Part shown: in pieces, positions 42,064 to 47,265 of the stretch
Layout: the number at the start of each line of letters is the position of its first letter
Numbering within the stretch: the first letter of the stretch is position 1
Source of the DNA: Syntrophorhabdales bacterium
Lineage (GTDB): Bacteria; Desulfobacterota; Syntrophorhabdia; Syntrophorhabdales; WCHB1-27
Assembly: GCA_050011095.1 (NCBI GenBank)
Contig: JBEKJU010000001.1
Span: forward strand, 1 to 47,265
Direction: 5' to 3'
DNA: 47,265 nt
Made by a program: the position numbers and the translations under genes
Notes under the pieces: model-generated
Database searches by the model: none
Seen by the model: only the letters and a program-made list of their open reading frames with translations
What the model was told of the DNA's origin: nothing

Positions 42064-44165
42064 TTATCCCGACACGTCTTCGGCCCTTATGGGCAACCGC
42101 CTGATCCGCCTGCCGGTCGCCGCGAAGACCGCGTTCGCCACCGCCGCGGCAACGGGTGGGACACCCGGTTCCCCTATGCCGCCCGGAGGCTCCTCGCTTT
42201 GCACGATATGGACCTCCACCTGGGGCATCTCATCGACCCTCAGCACGGGATAGTCATGGAAGTTCCCCTGCTCCACCCGTCCGGCCTTGAAGGTGATCGC
42301 CCCGTGAAGGACGGCCGATAGGGCCATGGCCACGGCGCCCTCCATCTGCGCCTCGATGGTGGTGGGGTTGACCACCCGGCCGCAGTCCACGGCGCAGACG
42401 ACCCTGTGGACGCGGACCTGTCCTTTCGGGTCGACCGACACCTCGGCGACCTGCGCGACGTAGCTTCCAAAAGACTTGTGCACGGCGATTCCCCGCGCCC
42501 TCCCCTCGGGCAATGGCGCACCCCATCCGGCCTTCTCGGCCGCGAGGTCGAGGACCGCCCTGCGGCGAGGGTCGGCCGCGAGGAGACCCCGGCGGAACTC
42601 GTAAGGGTCTCTGCCCGCGCTATGGGCCACCTCATCGAGAAAGCTCTCGACGACGAAGGCGGTGTGCGAATGGCCGACAGAGCGCCACCACAGGACGGGC
42701 ACGCCTGTCTCCGTGGTGTGGAGGTCGACGAGGATGTGGGGGATCGCGTAAGGGATATCGGCCGCCCCCTCGACTGACGCCGGGTCGATGCCCTCCTCGA
42801 TGAACCCCTCGAAAAGGGTTCCCTTCATTATGGATTGCCCGACTATCGTATGGCGCCAGGCCAGAAGGTTGCCGCCCCCGTCAAGGGCGGCCACGAGCCG
42901 GTAGTAGAACATGGGCCGGTAGTAGCCGCCTTTCATGTCGTCCTCACGGGTCCAGACCACCTTGACCGGTTTCTTCACCGCCTTTGCTACCTCCAGGGCG
43001 AGGAGCACGAAATCCGCCCCGGGATTCGCCCGGCGGCCGAACCCACCCCCCAAAAGGGTCGTATGGACCGTCACCTCCTCGGGCCTGAGGCCGAGCATGC
43101 GGGCCGCCGCATCCCGGTCCGGTCCGGGGAACTGGGTGCCTGTCCATATTTCGCAACTTTTTTCCCGTAGGTCGACGAGGCAGTTCAGGGGCTCCATGGG
43201 CGCGTGCGCGAGAAAGGGCACTCACACTCCCTCTGCTAAGAACAACCTCGAAATGGCTCCATGGGCGCGTGCGCGAGAAAGGGCACCTCGTATTCCGCCT
43301 CCACGCGCCTCGGGGCATCCGCAAAGGCCCTTTCGGGATCGCCCTCCTTCCTCGCGACCGCACCGGGGCCGCCCGCCAGGGCCGCGTACTGCTCCCGCAG
43401 TCCCGCCGTCGAAAGGCCGGCCAGCGGTCCCTCATCCCAGGTGATATCGAGGGCCCTCCGCCCCAGAGTCGCCGGCCAAAAGTTTTCGGCCACGACGGCT
43501 ACCCCCGATTCGATCTGCACCACCTCTTTCACGCCGGGGACGGCCTTTGCCTTATCGGCATAGAGACGGGCGACCTTGCCGCCAAAGACGGGGCACCGGG
43601 CCACGAGGGCGACGAGCATGCCGGGGATCGCCATATCGACGGCGAAGAGCGCCTTGCCGTTCACTTTTTCCGGCGAATCGAGGCGGTTGCGCGGCGTGCC
43701 GATGATCGTGAAGGCCGAGGGGTCCTTGAGCGGGACATCCTCTGGACGTTCCATGGTAGACGCCTTTCCCGCAAGCTCCCCGTAGGTCAGCCTCCGCCCG
43801 CTCGCGTCGATCACCCCGCCGTTTTCCGCCCGGCAGAGCGACCTGTCGACCTTCCACGTGTCGGCCGCGGCGGCCACGAGCATCCCTTTGGCCTCGGCCC
43901 CGGCCCTGCGCATCCTTTCCCATTCGCTCAGGACGCTCGTGCTGCCCCCCGTCCCCTGGATGCCGAATATCGTATGGCCGTATTCGGGGGCGACGGGCGC
44001 GGGCTCCGCCCGCACGCTCGCCCAGTCGCACTCAAGTTCCTCGGCGACGAGCATCGGTAGGGAGGTGAAGACGCCCTGCCCCATTTCCGACTTGTTGACC
44101 ACAATGGTCACGGTGCCATCCGTGCCGATGCGGATGAAAGGATTCAGCGCGAAGGAATCGTTCAT
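42064..44165 (-). pseudogene. Molybdopterin-binding large subunit of an IorB/aldehyde oxidase-type oxidoreductase, split by a 65-bp insertion/duplication
   Basis: Two ORFs (43236-44165 and 42064-43221) are the N- and C-terminal parts of one protein. PFLAHAPMEP is encoded at the end of the first and again at the start of the second. Removing one repeat plus the 33-bp filler restores ...EYEVPFLAHAPMEPLNCLVDL... in frame. Confidence 0.85.
43190..43286. repeat. Perfect 32-bp direct repeat (43190-43221 and 43255-43286) separated by 33 bp of unrelated sequence, inside the IorB-like gene
   Basis: ggctccatgggcgcgtgcgcgagaaagggcac was read twice, letter for letter. The filler is tcacactccctctgctaagaacaacctcgaaat. 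Confidence 0.9.
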
Positions 44166-44632
44166 TTTTTGCCTCCCTCCGCCGACATCGCCGCGGCGCT
44201 ATGAACAGCGCGCCGGATACGCTGATATGTCCCGCAGCGGCAGACGTTTCCCGACATGGCCTCGTCGATGTCGGCGTCGCTCGGATGAGGGTTCTTCGCG
44301 AGAAGCGCGGCGGCGGCCATGATCTGCCCCGATTGGCAGTAGCCGCACTGGACCACGTCCTCGGTGATCCAGGCCCTCTGGACCGGATGGCTGTTGTCCG
44401 CCGAAAGGCCCTCTATCGTGACGATCTTCTTTCCCGCGACGGCCGAAACCGGCGTGACGCAGGAACGGATCGCCTCGCCGTCCGCATGGACGGTGCAGGC
44501 CCCGCATCGCGATATCCCGCAGCCGTATTTCGTCCCCGTGAGGCCCAGGTTTTCCCGGATCACCCAGAGCAGAGGCGTGTTCGGCGTCGCGGCTACCTCA
44601 TAGGCCTTCCCGTTCACGGTGATTGATATCAT
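44162..44632 (-). CDS. (2Fe-2S)-binding small subunit of the molybdoenzyme (IorA-like)
   Basis: [11 protein letters not shown] and CGYCQSG...CRCGTY cluster motifs. There is a 4-nt overlap with the large-subunit start. Confidence 0.92.
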   Translation of the reverse strand: MISITVNGKAYEVAATPNTPLLWVIRENLGLTGTKYGCGISRCGACTVHADGEAIRSCVTPVSAVAGKKIVTIEGLSADNSHPVQRAWITEDVVQCGYCQSGQIMAAAALLAKNPHPSDADIDEAMSGNVCRCGTYQRIRRAVHSAAAMSAEGGKK

Positions 44633-44775
44633 GGCCCCCTCTCTCGTCGGTGGAATAGCAGAATTATAATGCCGGCCGGACTACTTGTCCTCACGGTGGC
44701 CGCGGGTTCCTGTTTTTGCAGATCAGAAAGACAAGTAAAAACACCGTGTTAACGTCAGGCCCCTATCCTCCGGGC

Positions 44776-44804
44776 TTGTCGGGACGTCGGACAGGCTCTA
44801 TATT
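44776..44804 (+). promoter_or_regulatory. Promoter TTGTCG-17-TATATT, 6 nt from the ATG of a response regulator (leaderless)
   Basis: ttgtcg 44776-44781, tatatt 44799-44804, ATG 44811. Confidence 0.55.
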
Positions 44805-44810
44805 GTAAAG

Positions 44811-45206
44811 ATGAGCTCCCCCCGAATGCGCCCCAGGGCAACGATCCTCGTCGTTGATGATGACGAGCAGTCCACGGACATGATGCAGCAAAGCCTGACG
44901 ATGCTCAATTACACGGGGGCCACGTGCAACGACCCCCTCGAGGCGCTGAACCTCTTCGCGAGTATGCCCGAAAGATTCGACGTCGTTATAGTCGACGAGC
45001 TAATGCCGGCCATGAAGGGCACCGATTTGACGATCAGGCTCCTCCAGATCAAGGACGACCTGCCCGTGATCCTCCTGACCGGACACGGCGATGCGGTCCC
45101 CATCGACGCAATCCGCGCCGCCGGTGTCCGAACGGTTCTCGCGAAACCCGTCATGAAGGAAGAGCTTGTTGCCGCCCTGGACAAGGTCCTGCCAAAGCGG
45201 CGATAA
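44811..45206 (+). CDS. Single-domain response regulator (CheY-like receiver)
   Basis: VVDDDE, VIVDELMP, LLTGH and AKP conserved positions. Confidence 0.88.
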   Translation: MSSPRMRPRATILVVDDDEQSTDMMQQSLTMLNYTGATCNDPLEALNLFASMPERFDVVIVDELMPAMKGTDLTIRLLQIKDDLPVILLTGHGDAVPIDAIRAAGVRTVLAKPVMKEELVAALDKVLPKRR

Positions 45207-45315
45207 GCCGCTTCCGGCACTTCTTCAGTCACCGGGGCACGCAAAAAAACTTCCGGACAAAAGGGCTTGGCTCCGGCATGACCATCGACGGCAAGGGCCG
45301 CGTCCTGACGTCCTG

Positions 45316-45687
45316 TCATGGGGAACCCCGCTCCAATCCCCCGGCGGTCACCGTGATCTCCCCTGCTTCGCCGCTTCGGTCAGCCATGATAACGCCCCGG
45401 ATCGCGAAAGGGGAGAGCCCCTCGACCACCTCATCACTTTCTATAATTATGCCGCACGTCATGCCCACGGCCACGACCTGCCTGCGTACCGTGCCCGTGT
45501 CCGCGTCCGTATAGAGAAAGCCGTCCTGCCCCGCCATGCCGAGGTTTGTCCCGTGCCTGTGGGACCTGCACGTGATCGTGAAGTCCCGGCCATTATCGGT
45601 GACGCAATACGTGTTCGTCACATCCGACGGGTCTTGCCCGTTCGTGTGGCGCCCTATCCTTCTTATCCTGATCTCCATGAATGTCAT
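45316..45687 (-). CDS. Hypothetical protein (123 aa), translationally coupled to the FAH-family gene
   Basis: The ATG overlaps the FAH stop (ATGA at 45684-45687). No family recognised. The longer 210-aa ORF in the track overlaps the FAH coding sequence and is rejected. Confidence 0.5.
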   Translation of the reverse strand: MTFMEIRIRRIGRHTNGQDPSDVTNTYCVTDNGRDFTITCRSHRHGTNLGMAGQDGFLYTDADTGTVRRQVVAVGMTCGIIIESDEVVEGLSPFAIRGVIMADRSGEAGEITVTAGGLERGSP

Positions 45688-46487
45688 GCCTTCCCTTGTC
45701 CGGCCCCGGGACCGACGACCGGGTTCGCGAGCACGCCGATGCCCGCGACCGCGCACTCGACCGTCTGGCCCGGTCTGAGAAATACCGGTGGCTTTCGCGT
45801 GAAGCCCACGCCCTCGGGGGTGCCCGTCAGGATGACCGTGCCGGGAAGGAGCGTCATACACCGCGACAGATGGGCGACGATCCGGCGGCACGAAAAGATC
45901 ATGTCCGACGTAGAGGATGACTGCATGACCTTCCCGTCCACGCGGCATGAGATACCGAGGTTGTCGCCGTCCAGGTCCGTCACGATGGCCGGGCCCAGGG
46001 GGCAGAAGGTGTCATGGCTCTTCGCGCGCGCCCATTGGCCGTCCGTGAACTGCACCGCCCGGTTGGATACGTCGTTCCCGATTGTGTAGCCGAGGAGCAC
46101 GGCGGAGAATTCGTCCTCCGATATGTTCCTTGCGCGCTTGCCGATCACGATGGCAAGCTCGCTTTCAAAGTCGATGGCCCCATCAAAATGCTCGGGAAGG
46201 ACTATAGGATCGCCCGGTCCCGAAAGGGCCGTCGTCGCCTTCAGGAATATCAGGGGTTCGGCGGGATAGGCGAGACCGGCCTCGTCGGCATGTTTCCTGT
46301 AATTGAGCCCGAGACAGATGATGTTCGGCGGCGACACGGGGGCGAGGAGCCTCACCGCATCGAGGCGTAGCGCCCCTTGCCGCCTCGCGAGGCCGCCGAA
46401 CGGATCGCCGTCGCAGGGCTCGACAAACCCGCCTTCGACGATCCCGTAGCGCGCTTTTCCCTCCTGGAGAAAACGGACGATCTTCAT
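45684..46487 (-). CDS. Fumarylacetoacetate hydrolase (FAH) family protein
   Basis: MKIVRFLQEGKARYGIVEG..., GLNYRKHA, ESELAIVIG and TGTPEGVG are typical FAH-family motifs. I prefer the ATG at 46487, which has GGGGGGTGAG upstream. Confidence 0.9.
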   Translation of the reverse strand: MKIVRFLQEGKARYGIVEGGFVEPCDGDPFGGLARRQGALRLDAVRLLAPVSPPNIICLGLNYRKHADEAGLAYPAEPLIFLKATTALSGPGDPIVLPEHFDGAIDFESELAIVIGKRARNISEDEFSAVLLGYTIGNDVSNRAVQFTDGQWARAKSHDTFCPLGPAIVTDLDGDNLGISCRVDGKVMQSSSTSDMIFSCRRIVAHLSRCMTLLPGTVILTGTPEGVGFTRKPPVFLRPGQTVECAVAGIGVLANPVVGPGAGQGKA

Positions 46488-46864
46488 TATCTCACCCCCC
46501 CTTGTCCCCGATAGTCGATTCCATTGTTTGTATATCACAATCGAAACCGTCCGGACAAGGATAGCGGTACCTTTTGCCCCTCGGGGTCTTCTGCAAATAT
46601 AGCTCTTCGCAGCGGGCGGTGTATCTTCGGCATCCACCCGCGCCTTCGGCGCGCCGACCCGCTTATCCCATCGGTAATCCGCGGAAACCCGGATGCTCCT
46701 CAGATAGGCGTAACATTCCGATTAATGCGGCTCTTGCGCACTTTCCATAAGCACGGGATGGGTCTCGGTTTCACCTACAACTTCACACCTCCGGCCTTGT
46801 AAACTGGTCAAAGAATGCCGTTTGAAAAAGTGCAAAAAAGCAATAGCAACAAAAATGTATTAAG

Positions 46865-47254
46865 TCATCCTGTTACCTCAACCTGCAATTCGTCCGGGGG
46901 CACATCTTCTATTGAAGGCGGAGGTTCTTTACCAGCACCTATCAGTTCAAGCTCCCACTTTAAACGGTTGATATTGTTGACAAGGTCGCTGACTGCATCA
47001 TCGAAGGACCGGGCGACTCGACCATTCACCCTAGCCACTGTATCTTCGGAGAGTTGCAAGCCGAGGGTCTTAAGTGAAACATCGCCGAACTTCGCGAAGA
47101 ATTCTTTTCTAATTGTCGCTTCAGGGGGCAAGCTGTCAGGTCGCCAGATGCCTTTGCAGGCGTGCATCGAAAGCCATCCAATGTACTTACAGATGTCACT
47201 GGGGATTACTGGCGAAGTCGGCTGCTTACCCTTGTGGAATTCAGGTTTCGACAC
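46865..47254 (-). CDS. Hypothetical protein in AT-richer DNA; may extend beyond the window edge
   Basis: 129-aa ORF starting at GTG 47254. The frame stays open to position 47265, so the true start may lie outside the window. Composition and third-codon positions are clearly AT-richer than the rest of the window. No family recognised. Confidence 0.55.
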   Translation of the reverse strand: MSKPEFHKGKQPTSPVIPSDICKYIGWLSMHACKGIWRPDSLPPEATIRKEFFAKFGDVSLKTLGLQLSEDTVARVNGRVARSFDDAVSDLVNNINRLKWELELIGAGKEPPPSIEDVPPDELQVEVTG

Positions 47255-47265
47255 TTCATTCAGCC

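Noticed and set aside
43190-43286. Repeat-spacer-repeat geometry (32/33/32 bp) that resembles a minimal CRISPR array.
   Set aside because: There are only two repeat copies. The repeat is ordinary coding sequence of the IorB-like gene (it encodes PFLAHAPMEP). There is no leader and there are no cas genes. It is better explained as a duplication/insertion.

Overview
This is a visibly GC-rich, densely packed chromosomal segment that is almost entirely housekeeping. I count about 45 protein genes, two of them disrupted, and one tRNA-Leu(UAA). I found no rRNA, CRISPR array, transposase, integrase or phage gene, and nothing resembling a described defence system.

Recognisable blocks:
- NtrC-type sigma54 activator and a CDF metal exporter
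- Rubrerythrin, interrupted
- UvrD-like helicase and mscL
- nadC-nadA-nadB
- An 883-aa DHH-CBS-nucleotidyltransferase fusion followed by scpA and sppA
- A catalytically dead histidine-kinase homologue next to a CheY-like regulator
- A long minus-strand string: radC-nadK-recN-GNAT-pmbA/tldD-glycosyltransferase
- uvrB-uvrC
- Envelope genes: GT9, M48/TPR protease, D-Ala-D-Ala carboxypeptidase
- selB
- ExeA-like ATPase and a secreted thermonuclease
- Thiolase and an outer-membrane beta-barrel protein
- ECF sigma / anti-sigma / Spy-like module
- IorA/IorB-type molybdoenzyme, with the large subunit disrupted
- FAH-family hydrolase

The gene content suggests an anaerobic Gram-negative organism that decodes selenocysteine. 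That is inference only.

I did not find a convincing new multi-gene system. What needs a second look:
1. Near-consensus sigma70 promoters lie 6-11 nt from the ATG of at least seven operon-first genes (nine counting two weaker cases), which implies leaderless mRNAs.
2. A full-length rubrerythrin carries an in-frame TAG at codon 33.
3. A 65-bp insertion, made of a 32-bp perfect direct duplication around 33 bp of unrelated sequence, splits the IorB-like gene.
4. A roughly 300-bp hairpin-rich intergenic element sits between uvrC and radC, with compensatory changes between its two terminal hairpins.
5. Related REP-like hairpins occur at the window start, with sub-motifs recurring elsewhere.
6. scpA has no canonical start codon available.
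7. The last ~600 bp shift sharply to AT-richer sequence and may be the edge of an accessory island.

All coordinates were counted by hand from the sequence, and family calls rest on motifs read in the translations.
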